Shown piece by piece: positions 12,019 to 27,211 of a stretch of DNA of 64,000 nt (position 1 is the stretch's first letter; each line of letters begins with the position of its first letter). The notes under the pieces were generated by a model. That model was not told the origin of the DNA. It saw nothing but the letters and a program-made list of their open reading frames with translations, and did no database searches. Origin of the DNA: Kondoa subrosea (lineage: Eukaryota); the NCBI GenBank assembly GCA_039545335.1, contig BCIN01000002.1:3143564-3207563 (forward strand), in the 5' to 3' direction. The position numbers and the translations under genes are program-made.

Positions 12019-13728
12019 ATGCTGTTGAATCGTTTCTTCTATCTCCTCGTCTATGGCTTGAGCTACGTTTACGCTCAAACAACCAAAGGTCCGTCAACGC
12101 AAGAGTACAGCCTCGCTTAAAATCTCATTCTCAATTCAATCAATGATATAGACTACGCTTCGATACTAGGAGATACCTTGACTGGGCAAACAATTACTTT
12201 GGATAGCTTTACTTTGACTGCCGTTGCGAATGCTTCGCATGTCATCTTTTCTTTCGATATTAGTCACCAGACTGGATGGGTTGCTATCGGTACAGGAAAG
12301 ACGTGAGCTCAATCGAGTTCATGATAGTAGAAGGACTAATTCAAGCGATGCGGATAGTATGGCTGGAAGCGAGATGTCCGTCGGAACTCATCAATCAGGT
12401 CGATGCGTCGCTAACACTGCTGGACTATGATAGATATATGCTTTGGCCTAATGCGGATGAAAGCTGGACCTTGTCTCATCGAAAAGCTAGCGGAGTACGA
12501 TTCTTTTCAGATATGATCGGCATTGCTGAAGACTTATGATAGGAGGTTGAACCAAAGGCGCAGGCAGATGAAGGAGGAGCCTCTTTGGTCGCTTCATTCT
12601 CAAGCGGCGACCCTACTTCAAATACCGCTTCGGTAGCATTCGTGGCACCTGTTAGCTATATTGCTGCAGAAGCCGGAGTAGATATAATCTGGGCTTCGTC
12701 CAAGACTAGTAAGTGCTGCTCGATTCTAACTCAGGATGCAGCTGATTATTGGGCAAGATCCTGGCGATGCGGATTCATCAGCTAAAACGCAGGTAAGCTC
12801 TCTTAAACATCTGCTCGTGTATATTCTGATCATTAGCATACAGCAACACGATCCAGGCGCCTACGGAACAACCACGATAGACTTATCAAAAGCTTTTGAT
12901 GCTGGTTCTGCGACTAAAGCTAAAAGCACCTCTACTTCCAATACTGTCTTGATCGTCCATGCCATTGCTGGAGGACTAGCTTGGGGTTTAATCACACCTT
13001 TGGCTGTATTGATCGCAAGATTGGGCACGAATATTGGATTTCTTCAAAGTAGAAGAATACCAATTCATACAGTATATTTTACGCCTTATGCTTGATATCA
13101 AGCTCAAGATAAACTACAGGTATTACAAAAGTATCTTACACCGGCTTTGACGGTAGTTGCAATAGCTACTGCTATCATGTCGGTTGATCAAAAGAAGGGA
13201 GCTCATTTTGACGAAACGCATCAAGTAAGCTTATGTGAAAGATGACAAACTTTGTCATAGATGCTGATTCAGTATAATAGCTATACGGAATGGTTCTCGC
13301 TTCTTTGCTATTTGTGCAAGTTTCGTTCGGCTGGATGATCCATCACGTCTATGCAAATCTCTACCGAAAGTTGGGTCGGACACGAACATCAAGACCTTGG
13401 GTCAGTCATCTGCTGAGCAGCGGAAGATGCATTGTGCTTATGCTATTTCGATTCAAGCAAAACTATTTTCACATCGTATTAGGCTTAACTCTGCTAGTTG
13501 GTGGTCTATGGCAAGTCTATACTGGTCTAGATCTGGCGGAAAGTACATTGAAGCCTCCGGTGATCTGGAAAACAATAGGTAAGCTTCATTTACGTTGACA
13601 TTCGATCTTGCTGACCCATTATTACAGCAAAAGTTGTCATGGGTACAACAATAGGGCTCTACGCTCTCTCTGGCCTCTATCTTGTCTATACATCTATGCA
13701 ACAACGAAAGCTGCGGTCAAGAACATGA
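12019..13728 (+). CDS. DOMON (CDH cytochrome-like) plus cytochrome b561 membrane protein
   Basis: Signal peptide MLLNRFFYLLVYGLSYVYA; GWVAIGTGKTMAGSEIYMLWP...WTLSHR; IIWA; HD; b561 helices with conserved His (IVHAIAGGLAWGLITPLAVLIAR, IPIH, ETHQ, YFHIVLG). Confidence 0.8.
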
Positions 13729-13881
13729 ATATAGCTCGAGCTGTGTGAACCGTAAATTGCTTCTATAGGTTTGTCAGTATTGTCATATGTTGTACATAGA
13801 GCGCAATGCAGGTCGTTGCTCCTCTGGCGTGTCTGCCCTCATGCAGAAATCCAGAAGTCGACAGCAAGTTCCTCCCAAACA

Positions 13882-15410
13882 ATGACGCGCTTCAACTCGC
13901 AGATTGATCTGTACAGACGTGTCGAAGTCCTAGAAGTCTTAGCTTTCCTGGCAGCAGTGGTCAAGAACCTGTTAGCTACTGTTCCACTACTCATCTTGGT
14001 CGAAACGGCTGTTCTGCTGTTGCTGTATACATTTCTGATCTTCCCTTTCGATTTCCTCTATTCTCGACGCCAGCAATATCAGATCTTCAGCACTCGGTTG
14101 AGGCTGAACTGGCTGCAAGATGCTGCTAATCGCTTTGTTCGCTTTGCTTTCCGCTATATGGATTTCAGAATAGGAAGTCCGTCGCTTTTGCTGAGGCATC
14201 CAGTGTTGCACCTACTCAGTGGAATCCGATAGAATCATTCTTCTGTCATGATGCTTCTATGGCCTTGATGCGAAGACGGCTTGGACCTGCTTTGAAAGAG
14301 AATTGCAAGCTTATACAAACGAAAGAAGATGTTGATGGATGGTGGATTGCAGATAGTGGAGATCTCCAAGCTCTGATCGAAGGGAAAGAGGGAGACGAAA
14401 CGATCACCACAATGATGTTCATTCATGTAAGCCTTTGCTGCAAAGAAGCTTTGACCAAATCTGACCTCTACATCTTCAGGGAGGAGCTTTCGCTTTCGCA
14501 TGCCCTGTAAGTCTCGATTTATAGCTCGATCGCGCAGCAGCTGAATTCTTAGGTACAGTCGTTTTACCTCGAGTTCCTTCATGTTCTTCGCAAGGAGCTT
14601 TCGACTGCTCTCAAGCGTCCTGTTGCAATATTTGCACCTTTCTATCCTCTTACACCCGAACATCAATTGGACGATGCTGCTCAAGTCATCTCATCAGCGT
14701 GGAAATATCTTTCGCAACATCCAGCGGTCAATAGAGATAAGATGATCCTGGCTTCCGAATCGGCTGGAGGAGCTCTAGCTTGCGATCTATTGTGCACTAT
14801 TGCAAAAGAAGGTCAACCATTTGCCAAAGTCTCGCAAGCAATGTAAGACATCTCTTGGTGTGTTCCAGAATTATACTGATCAGTACTGTAGCTTCGTCAG
14901 CCCTTGGGTGAAACTAGATCTGACCGCTGAAAGGAACACTTCAACTTCGAGCAACTCCTTTACCGACTTTGTGCAAGCTGAAAGACTTCGGGAGTTCTCA
15001 TACATGCTTACCGGACAAAGGCCGTAAGTCTCGTCTCTTGACCAACAGCCATAACTCATGTGATATCCTGCAGTCGTGCTAAATCTCGACCCCTCTTGTC
15101 CTTCCTAAAAGATCATCTCTTCTTTCCCTTCTCTTCGTCGAAAGCGAGTCCATCAGATCCCTCATTACCTATCTTCACTTTCCCAGCCCAAGTCTCTATG
15201 CCACGAAAAACGCTTGTAACCTACGGAGGCGCAGAAGTCTTGAAAGATCAAGCATCGGCCTTAGCTCGAAGCAGGAAAGGCGTTACAGAGTATTCAGCAC
15301 CGAACAAAGTACATGCGTATACTATGCAATTGTTCTATCTCGGAAGAGATAGGCAAGAGAGGATGAGCGGGATACAAAACTTGGTTGGGTTCTTGGTTTC
15401 AAGTAGCTAG
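13882..15410 (+). CDS. Alpha/beta hydrolase (HSL/SAY1-like esterase) with an N-terminal TM segment
   Basis: MTRFNSQ... exon spliced (GTCCGT..TAG) into KSFFCHDASMALMRRR; oxyanion motif IH|GGAF, nucleophile elbow SESAGG, SPWV, YGGAEVL and KVHAY. Confidence 0.82.
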
Positions 15411-15553
15411 TGTAGCTTTTGGAAACAATGCGTGCGAGAATATTTTACATGCTCATCTATGCTATATAACCTACAAGGCTAATGTCCATCAACTACTTCT
15501 GATCTCAACAGCATAGTCCATAGGTAGTGTTGAACTGTCCCCGCACATCTGGT

Positions 15554-18024
15554 CTAAGCAGACCCTAATTGTACAAATGCATCTACGGAAGTCTGAATCA
15601 GTATACAATCGCCTGTCACAGGAGAAAATTGTTGACTCACAGATATTTGCTGCTACTACTATAAGCCAAATCAAAGAACCAATAATAATCACGCTCGGTT
15701 GATTAGCAAACGTGACAAATTCGTTGCTCGGATGTCGACGTCTGTGAAAAGGATTGATGAGTTGCAGAATCGACTGGATTTTCTGTTTCTTTGTGAGCGG
15801 GACTTCAGGTGTTGATTCTTCTGTGCTGGATATTGGGATTTGATGATCTCGTATTGACATGATTGGTATAGAAGAAGTGAAGATGACCAATCTGCTCGTG
15901 TGATCGCTGATCAGATCAATTCAATAGAAAGGATTAAAAGGTTGAACTTACGGAGCGATAACAAAAGGTAAAATGACGGACAACCCGACTTGAGAAGCGA
16001 CCAAAAGAGTATCTATCCCTGACCGACCACTACTGACTGCTACTGCCACAGAAGGTATGATACTGATCAATCTAGTGATAACTCTTCTTTTCCATGGCGC
16101 TATTGTCCAGTTTAGGAAACCTTCCGAAACTACTTGTCCAGCTAAAAGCAAATGGATCAGCCAAAGGACTTGATCTACGCGCATGTAGACATACCCAGAG
16201 TAGCTGTACAGATTAAGATTGAATTATGAGTTGAAATACGCAGCAGAGAAAGAGTAAACTGACCTGTTATTGAAGCCAATTGACCACTTAGAAGCAAAGC
16301 CAAAGCGAAAAGGAAAGCAAAAGCAGGACCTAATCGTCTCTTGATCAATTCGTGCGCATCAAACAAATCCCCCGTATCGAGATCTGGATCTGGGTTCTCA
16401 TGAAAAGCAGCACCAGCGACAATAAGGATAGCCGAACTGTAATAAATTACAGCTCAGTTTAACACTTGGCCTTGCATTTGGATAGAGAAGACGTACTTGA
16501 TAACTAAAGCAAATGAAATCAAACTCAAAGCGATATCCACACCAGCATGTTTAACATGAGTCCGAATAAAAGGAACTGTAGGTTCAGGTCGAACAGATTT
16601 CGGTAAATCTGTTTCATCATTATCGGTTTCTGATGATGATGCTTTCGCTTGTTGTTGTTGTTGAGGTAGAGATAAGGAATAAGCTATTTGACTTTGAGCA
16701 GAAGAAGATGGTTTAGTAAATTCTCCATTTGCGATTTCTTGATGTTCTTCTTCTGGGTAACGTTCTACTGTAGCGATTCTTGATCCCAATATCAAAGCAT
16801 GAGGCATGACAGTAGCTCTAAGCATTCAACAATCTCAGACGTGTTTATCTGCAAAAAGATGAACTCTTACCCGACAATACCAATAGCAATGTAAAGACCG
16901 CCTGGTTTGACAAAACCAGAATTAGGTAGATAATTACGGAAAACGCCATCATCTCCTCCCCATTGAGGTTGGACTTTGACCAGTAGTACAATGAAACCTG
17001 TATTGCTTCTCGTCAGACAAGAACATTTGTAGACAGAAAAACAGTGACATACAGCCCAGTACGACTGCTACAAGAGCACCTATCGAGAATTCAAAGATGC
17101 GCATGCTTTTCGACGCGTTGGCAGATGGATAATTCGCAAAGAGGGCAAGAATGATTAAAACATCGAGAGAGGTGAGCTGTAAATCGCCTTCGAGTTCTCA
17201 CCTACACAAGCAGGAGAAACTCAGGAGACTTACGAGAACGCCAGCGTAGAGAGGTATTTGAGGTACTAGGCTATGAAACAAGATGAGGCAATCTAATTGT
17301 TTTACGACAAAGAAGCATACAGGTTGATAGCGATGGCACTTCCCAACAATTCACATAAATCCGTAAGGATTATACCCGCTGTAACATCCTTCGCATCAGC
17401 TCTTCTATGGAATCCGATCATAATATAGCACTCACTCTCACATAACGCGTACAAAGGGTACAAAACTCCCCATCTCCATAGCAAAGTATGCTTCGGTCGA
17501 TTGTGTAAAGCTCTTCTGCAATGTTGAGGCAGATCCAAACCAGAAACGACTCCCAATCTAGTTGCCAAAGTTTGCAAACAAATTGCAAACAAACCCGATA
17601 GTAGAATAATGAAGAGATGGGAATAACCATAATTCGCTCCAGCGTTCAAATCAGTAGACCTGTTTCACCATCAATCATCAGAGAGAAGTTCGGACTTGAT
17701 TGCTTAGATTTACCAATTGCCTGGATCTATGTAAGCTACGGCCGCTACTAATCCAGGACCTAAGAAAGCTGCATGCCGTTTCAATACAAGCACAGCACTC
17801 TTGAATTTCTTCTTAACCCTTGAATCCTCTTTATAGTCATCGGATCGAACACTTTCATCATTTGGTGCCAGACTTTCACTTTGGATAGTCAAGGTAGAAG
17901 TGGATTGCTCGCGTTGTAAATGAGGTGTTGAACTATTGAGGAATGTATTGTAATCCACAGCCGTTTGTTTCTTGCTGCTTCTGCCATTGTGAGATTTATG
18001 ACTTGCTAATGGAGGACCTTGCAT
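15554..18024 (-). CDS. NRAMP family divalent metal (Mn/Fe) transporter, SMF-like
   Basis: FLGPGLVAAVAYIDPGNW, GATVMPH, GQVVSEGFL, RLISIIP and LVASQVGLS. Confidence 0.95.
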
Positions 18025-19731
18025 GCTCTCTCGTCCCTCTTACAGATGAGATGGATATGTACAATGGAACGTGTGAGATATAGATATCCAAAGTATTGAT
18101 TGGTTCGAGGCCAAGAGAAACTTAAGATCAGCTGATTACCTAATTTTATATCGGAAGTTATCGGTCTTTGAAGAGCTGTGTTGCTACTGCAGTACGAGCA
18201 AGCCAGTCACGGACAGTATAGCATAAGTCAATTTGATACAGCAAATATTATTACCTTGATCAGATGACGAAAATATTAGCCCAATTGAAAGCCTCTCTGC
18301 ATGGAAAGCTTGTGGATCGCCTGTGAATAACATTATCCTATAATTCAAGAATCAAGATGAAATCACAATGAGTATTCTCTCAGCCAGGCATAAGAAAGAT
18401 TGAGTCATCGATTAAGAAAGGTGAATGTATTAATAGAGTTGGAGCAGCTAGTCAACAGGATAAGACAATATCCAATCATTTTCAAATAAGATCATATCAA
18501 GATTGAAAGCCTTGATCAATATATAAAGTCTGCTAGGTTGATCTCGTATGAGAAGAAAATAATGCAGATTGATTCAGAGCACTATTGCTAGAGGATCAGA
18601 ACTACTACAAGCAGTGTTTTCCATCTTCAGCGTCGTTCGTCAGACGATGACAGAAATGATCTTAGGGTATGCTAGAAACATATGTACAAGAAGAAAGCGA
18701 AGATGTAAAAAAACAGCAGCCAAAGGTAAGGTAGCGGAATAGAAAGAAGAGGGGAACATTGTTGCAAAAGCATCCAGCATACCAGAAAGTACAAGAAGAG
18801 ACTTATTGCGATTGAGATAATCCCGACATTACATACGAGGATCGCTCAAAAGAGCAAAGCTTTGAATAGGAATCCTTTTCAGCGCAGCAGCAAATCATCA
18901 CAAGAGATGGCAGACTGCCAGAAACGGAAAAGAGCATGACAGAGTAACTTCCCTATCAACTTGACCAGTTCCTCTCGCTGAAGCTGGATTCTTCCGCTCC
19001 GGCCTGCTGTAACCTTGTCAATCAGACAGTCTACACACTTTCAGACAGTCTCACGCAAAGGGCTCTCAGTTTGCGAGATCCGAATTCAAGCGATTCTATG
19101 TGGTTGCATTGAATCAAGCCTTGTTCTTATTTCAAAACCATCAAGACATGTTGCCTACACTCATCGCCTTAGAAAGAGGTTCCCTCTCGTGCGTCGTGTT
19201 ACATTCCTTCTGCCTTTTCATCCTCTGAAGCTCAAGTATTTCGCTTCAAACACACAGATTCACTAAATACATTTCCATCACTGCTCGGTAGCTTCTTCTT
19301 TGTCTGGCAAAAAGGAATCAAAGGGAAGCTGAGATTTAGCGGTGTTCTTGTAACAGGGCCACAAGGCAAGCTTTGAAAGAAGAAGAGCGAGTGAAATCTG
19401 AGAAACGAGGTGATGTGGGTTTGAGATATCAGCAATGGGAGAATGGCAAAGCAGGTCAGCAGCTATCATCACTCTTCATGCAGTAATGATCGCTAAGTCT
19501 CGTTATACATCTTTCAGGTGAACAAGTAAAGTCTCATTACTACTACAAGGGAGATGCTGTGCTAAATGATTGCTGTGAATCAGACCTGGGTCCGTGAGCC
19601 AACAGAAGATGACAAGTAAACCTCTTTTGGCAAGCAGTAGAGGCAGTAGTAGTTTTTTGTTTCAAGGCGCGCAAGAAATGGAAGTGTGGTACAATTACAA
19701 AAGAATCTTACATTTGTGATACGACATGATT

Positions 19732-20908
<1,177 letters not shown>

Positions 20909-21613
20909 TGAATGATTCCTCTACTTGATTGACGTTCAAAGCCTGAGGAAGAGAATGAAGATACTTTGAAGCTTCACAGATAAAGCAGACCGGACTGAGC
21001 AGAAGCCCAAGCACAAGACACAGAGGAGTAGGACAGCGTCGCTGTTTGAACGAAGCGAGCAAGTTGATCAGTTTCGACGATGTCAATGCATTGCAAGAGT
21101 GCCATAACAGTGTCTCGAACAGAATATCAGTGCCTCTATGATGCCCTATGCTGCGATATCCCAGCTCCAACTGGTCTTCAACGCGCTGACGGGTTCGACT
21201 GGAAAATGTAAACAACTTTGACAGCTGCGGACTCTGCCAATACACAGCAAGGGACAGCAAGGGATCTCCATGGCCATTGATAGCCAGCTGCGATTGAAAT
21301 CTTGTGCAATTGCTTGATGTTTGCGTAGATTTCCATTCAGACTGTCGTGCCACTTTGCAGCTATAACTCTGCTTTTCGCTGCTTCTTCTCTTCTTCTTCT
21401 CTCACCAAGCAAAGCATCTAGTCTTTACTTCTCACCAAGAGTCGATCTCATCAACTTTTCAACTTCAGCCGGTCTGAACAAATCGCTCCAGTAGCCCATA
21501 CTCTTCGAATCAAACTTAATCCACAGCTCTCCTCGAACCACTCTACTTGAACTTATCCTATTCTTCCATTTTAATCAACCCAACCTTTATATTTTCACTT
21601 CCATTCTAACAAT

Positions 21614-23706
21614 ATGAAGATCACCCAAGGTTCCATCATCGCTGCTCTCGCTCTCGCTGCTACTTCACCTGCAATGGGTGCACCAGTTGGTCTTACTTCA
21701 CCTGATCCAGCTCAAGAAGGTGCTCTTTCACCTCGTCAAGCTCAAGCTAAAGGAAACTTTGCTGGTCATCGTCCTGCTTTGCGCAGAAGTACTGGTGCTC
21801 CTATTCAGAGTATGTTGCTTTTCGTTTGAGCTCTACTTTCTATTTACTTATTGTCCGATTATAGTGCTTGAACGTAGCGAAGATGCTTCAATGATGCATG
21901 GCCTTGGATTTGATATGGAAGAACGTTCATTACAATCTTCTCAACCTTCTCATTTGGCAGAACGTTCAGACCCAAGCTTTATCGACCCACTTCCTATTGT
22001 TGGTCCAACTGTGGGCGGTTTGCTTACTACAGCTGCAAACACGGTTGCTGGTCTACCGGTTGTTGGTCCTGTGGTTCAAGCAGTTGGTCAAGCGGCTACT
22101 ACGATTCCAGTTGCTGGTCCTCTGGTCAAAAGTGAGCTTCCTTTTCTTTCGTTTCATCTTGCTTAATAGCTTACAATCATTAATTTTATTCAGCTCTTGG
22201 TGATGGCTTGAATCTTGGTCCGCTGGTCGATGGCCCTAAATCTATGCTCGCTTCCGTTCCTGGTAATAACTTTGCCGCTCAGCAACAAGCTCAACAATTC
22301 CAGCAAGTGGTTGATCCAGCTACTGGTCTTTTGAGCAACGTTCCTCTCGCTGGCGGTCTTACTTCCGGTCTCAATTTAGGTGGTCTTACTTCTGGTTTAC
22401 CCCTATCAACAGCTACTGGCTTGCTCAACAACTTACCTCTCGGCTCTGTTCAGGATACTCTGCCTTTGGGTTCGGTCTTGGGAACAGCTGGTGGTTTAGC
22501 TAGTGGTTTGACTGGAAGTCTACCTTTAGGTGGTGGAAATGGTCAAGGAGGAAATCCTTTGGCAGCGCTTCAAGGCATTGTCGGCAGTGAGTTTGCTTTT
22601 TTCTTGCGGCGTCTAAAACTGCATACTTATTGCTTTGTCTTTTATTAGCTGATGGGCAAACCTATTATTCTGGTTCTGCTTTGCAAGGCTTACTTGGTGG
22701 AGCTCTCGGTCAAGCTGGTCAACAAGTTCAGCAGCAAGCTCAACAATTGCAACAAACTGCTCAACCAGTTCGAGATCAGCTCAACAATGCTGATGCTGCT
22801 GCATACGGTGCCTCAACTTCAGCTTGGCAGACTGCAACAGACAACACAATTGATCCAGCTCAGCAATGGCAGCAAACCCAGCAAATGCAAGCTCAGCAAC
22901 AACAAGCTGCTTGGGCTCAAATTCAGCAACAACAACAGCAAGCTGCTGCTCAAGCTCAAAGACAATTAGCTCAGCAACAATTAGCTCAAGCTCAGCAGCA
23001 GCAAGCTCAAGGATTTGCTCAAACTCAACAAGTTGCTCAACCTGCCAATGTATCTCCTCAGCAATATGCAGCAGCTTTCAATCACAATGGTTTCAAAGCA
23101 CAACCTTCTTCTGCTCCTTCTTCGGCCCTACCTTCAGCTTTCTCTGCTCACTTGCCAAGCGCGTCAGTTGTACCATCTTCGGCTCATTCTGCTTCTGAAG
23201 CATTAGCAAGTCCGGCCTACCTACAGAAGACTACCGAAGCTTCTTCTGCTCCTTCTGTCACTGCTCCTGCTTCGGTTTGGTCAGCTCCAGCAGAGTTAAG
23301 CTCCAAAGCAACAGCAGCCTTGCCTTCAATCACTTTTTCAGCTGCTACACCTTCAACTGAAATAAGTCAACCAACGGCTATGCCAGCATCTGAACTTGGA
23401 ACTCCACCCCTACCTTCTTCTTCTGCTTTAGTTGAACCTGCTTCTGCCGCGGAATCTGGTGCACCTTTAGCTAGAAGAGCAACTATTCTCAATGCTCAAT
23501 TAGCTCCTTTACGATTGAATGTTGAAGCTGGCACTGGTGAATACTATGATGAAGAAGAAGATGAAGTTGATTCTTGTGATTACATGTCTTGCGAAGATGG
23601 GCAATCGCTCAAGAGTGCGGAAAAGCAGAAGAAGGATAGCAAAGTTAAGAGATTTGCTGCAAAGATGAAGAGATTCATCAAGTCTACTAAGAGGGCTAAA
23701 CAGTAG
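21614..23706 (+). CDS. Secreted low-complexity protein (Gly/Leu repeats, Gln-rich and Ser/Ala/Pro-rich regions, basic C-terminus)
   Basis: Signal peptide MKITQGSIIAALALAATSPAMG. Three GT-AG introns join the ORFs. Strong T/C third-position codon bias. Confidence 0.8.
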
Positions 23707-23904
23707 AAGTAGATTAGGGACTTTAGCTTGCAATGCACTTTCATTACATTGGGTCACTTTTGACTTCGCGTTTCGTCTCTTGTTCTGTGCAACCATTCAA
23801 TATACCCAAGCATCTGCTTTATTATATCCTTTGACTGCTCCTATACCTCTTGCTTCCTTGGCTATTGCTGCTCTTTCCACAGCTCTGTGTTGACTGTTTA
23901 TCGA

Positions 23905-25301
23905 ATGACTTCTTCGAAATTAGAGCGCGCTCTTGCCTCAAAATCGCTAATCAGTCTTCAACGAGTGCTTCAACAAGGTTCTCCATCTTTATTCGTTGCA
24001 GCAATCGTAGCCAGCGCGAAACAAGACAATAACTTTGGGTTGGAAGCTTTGGATTGGTTACTTTCCCAAGGCATCGAAGGCAATTCAGAAGAATTCATCG
24101 CTCGAGACGAAGAGGATAACACTGTGTTGCATTTGGCTAGCTTGAGCGGGAATTTAGAGATTCTTAAGCTTTACTACGAGCATTGCCCGTGTGTCCTTGT
24201 TGCACTAGATCGCGCGACATGCCCTGATTCTAAGGATGAATAGATTCGTACTGGACTGGGCGAACGACAAAGGTCAAACCGCGCTGCATCTGGCTGCACA
24301 GAAGGGTCATGTCGAAATAGTCACGGTGCGTAAGAATCGCTCAAAGACATCCTAGACGTCTTTCTCAGCGATAAATTGCACAGTTATTACTGGACTACGG
24401 AGCAGACTACAATCTAGCAGATGACGAAGGCGATTCTCCTTTGCATTAGTGAGCCTTCTCGATTTCGTCCCACAAACTGCGCTGATCAGTCTTCAGCTCG
24501 TCGGCTTGGGGTCATGAGCAAGTAAGAATCAATTAATAATCTCTTTGCGAAGCTTATTGCAAGTTCAGGTTCTGAGACTGCTCATCGAGCGGAATGCTGC
24601 CTATCAGATGAAGAACAACCGCGGTTATACAGCCGAGAACTGTAAAGTGCTGTGCTGGCTACGCTATATCTCGCTAATGATACTCTGTAGACGCCTATAG
24701 CCATCAAATTCTTACCAGTCTGCAAGACGCTGTCCGCTTGGCCTATGAAGCGCAGAAACGAGAGAAGTCGCAACGCAAACAAGCAGCTAAGCAATCTTCT
24801 AGACCCTACCAATCGACTTCAGAGGACTCGCAATCGTCGGACGTGGCATCCTCGTCACAAAATCGTTCAAGTCCATCAAAAAGAGACGCTCATCCTGATC
24901 TTGCCGAACTTGCTGGTCTTGGCTTACTCAATACACCTCCACCTCGATCTCTTTCTCTACCATCAGTCAATGGTGCTCTAAGTACCAGTTCTTCTTACTC
25001 TCAATTGCCTACCGAAAGCCGAACGAGCAAAAGCAGCGTTCAACAAGCTCTAGACAAAGATGCAGCAGCAATGGAACGCTATCGAACTCGACCCAATAGA
25101 TCTGAATCTCAAGCAAGCTCAAGAACGACTAGTCAAGAATCAGCTCTTTCTACTTCATCTTCTTCAACGGCTACCAGTTTAGGATTACCTGCTGCAATAG
25201 ATTATGGTCCTCCTTTACAACCTAGATCGAGGAGTGGTAGTACTCAAGCTTTGCAATTCTTAGGCGAAACTCAAGCTCTGCAATTTTTAGGCGATCGATG
25301 A
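23905..25301 (+). CDS. Ankyrin-repeat protein (Avo2-like architecture)
   Basis: NTVLHLASLSG, GQTALHLAAQKGHVEIV and GDSPLHYSSAWGH, followed by a Ser-rich tail. Confidence 0.85.
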
Positions 25302-25371
25302 CGAATAGGACATGCAAGCGAAAGAATTGTGAACTGTACATTATGTATACGAGATACTTCAAGACATAGTT

Positions 25372-27211
25372 TCACCTCCTTCCTGTTCTTGGTTGTGAAC
25401 GAGCACTGGCCGGCTCGGAAGAAGTAGTCGTGTCTCTACTTGAATGGGTATTGGGTAATGATCGAGCAGGAGACGGACCGCTAGAATTTGTGTACGTTGG
25501 CGCACCTTTGCTGTAATCCTCTATGAAGTTCAAAGCTGATTCAGGCTGTGTGCTTGCAGTGTTCTTTGGCTTGCTATACGTCTCAATAAAGTTCAAGGCG
25601 GATTCAGGCTTGGTTTTGGCTACTTGAGGCTTACTGTAGTAGGAAATGTAATCAAGAGCTTCTTTCGGTTGAGCTGTAGAAGGTTGTTTCATGGCAGATT
25701 TGATTGCTGGAACAGGTGGAGCGGAGATACTTGGAACGAATTGACTGCCTTGATAGCGTGGTGCTTGACCTGCGGAGGAAGAAGATGGTTGTTGTTGTTG
25801 TATGCGAGATTGACTGGCTGCATTCTGCGCTGCTTGCTCAGCTTGTCCTGCTCCAGCTTTGAAGTATTCTGTTTGGCTTCTGAGGGATTCGGAATAGGAA
25901 GAGAGCTGAGGATTAGCTTGTACAGGAGGTCTAGAAGCTGTTGCCGAAGATTGAGATTGGCTTTGCATCAAACCTTTGCCGAAGTTGTTGAGAGTCTGCT
26001 ACCTAAATCAGATCGCCAACAATCATCGAGTGATGTCCGCTTACTGCTGCAGACTGATCATAGGAAGACATGCGGGTAGGTGGAAAGAGCTCTCCAGTAT
26101 GTTCCTTCTGTCCATCAAACCATCCGCCTTCGAGTTTACGTTTAGCTGATCCGCTTGATCACACGGATGCAAACACACCTGTATTCCTGTTGACCAATCT
26201 AACATTCTGGTCTTGAGCTTCAGATGGACCAGGTCTAGGATTTAAGGGAACCATTCCTCTCATAACAGATTCGTTGCTTTGACTGTAAGGCGGTGCTGTG
26301 CCTCTTCCTTGTTGTTGGGGTTGATTTGGTGGTGAATCTTGATAAGCGCTTCCTGCATAAGGTCCCTCTAATTCTTCCTCTTCCTCGTCTGCTTCATGTA
26401 TCGTACTTCTCGTTCGTTGTAAATTGTCATAGGATTGACCTTGAGCGGCAGCACCAGCTTGAGAAGCAGCAGGAGCATAAAGAATGACACTTTTGTCTGA
26501 AGGTGATCTTCTAGCTGAGGAATGGAGAGACTCCGTTTTCTCAGAATGACCAGAAGCATAGGGCGCAGCTCGTTGAGCAGCCATACTTTCTTCTCGTTTT
26601 CTTTTGGCTGCTCTCCGGAATAAGAACAATGCAGCAGCTAGTAATAGCAACACTAGAGCAACAGCAGCGACGACTGTCATACAGCCCCTTAGAAACGTTC
26701 AGAGTGATGAGACGAGGCAGCTTACTTCCTCCAATCACGGCGCCTTTGTTGTTACCTTCTTCTGCTACTGTTCCAGCTCCTGCGCTAGCTTTTGTACCAA
26801 GTGATGAGAGAGGCCCATTAGTGATCATTGTATCAAGCCGAGAAGTAGCTGATTCCAAGCGAGAAGTAAGGGAGTCCGCGGCTGAAGCATGTCACACCTC
26901 TATCAGGTAACATCGCGCAACAATCCAGAAGACATACCACTCTGTATCGATGCTGCTCTTGAACTCAAATCCGTTTCTAAATTGCTCGCAATAGTCCGAG
27001 AAGCTTCATTCCTGCTAGTTGTTTCTCTTGTATTGACGAAGGTATTACTTGCTGTTCGTTGGATAGTAGTAGTCGGCGTTCCTCGCATAGTAGTATCAAT
27101 GACCGGAGCAGGTTGATTATTTTCCCCATCATCGATAATGCGATCCGGTGGTAAGATTACTATTCGCTTGACTCTTCTGCGAGCATGTCGATAGTGATGA
27201 ATATGAGACAT
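25372..27211 (-). CDS. Single-pass membrane protein (Ser/Thr-rich ectodomain, Mid2/Skg6-like topology)
   Basis: Four GT-AG introns join the separate ORFs. TM segment GAVIGGIVAAVALVLLLLAAALFLF is followed by RRAAKRKR and a long cytoplasmic tail. Confidence 0.75.

Noticed and set aside
13839..14211. Minus-strand ORF MQHWMPQQ... with an intron-like gap
   Set aside because: It is antisense to exon 1 of the alpha/beta hydrolase, which splices in frame into the catalytic domain.
18025..19700. Long region upstream of the NRAMP with scattered GATA motifs (iron regulation) or a hidden ncRNA
   Set aside because: I found no clear extended or paired GATA consensus and no recognisable RNA structure. GGTTCGAGGCC near 18102 lacks a tRNA cloverleaf.
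25242..25294. 27-bp duplication giving TQALQFLGE/TQALQFLGD at the ankyrin protein C-terminus
   Set aside because: It is real but a trivial local duplication with no evidence of function.
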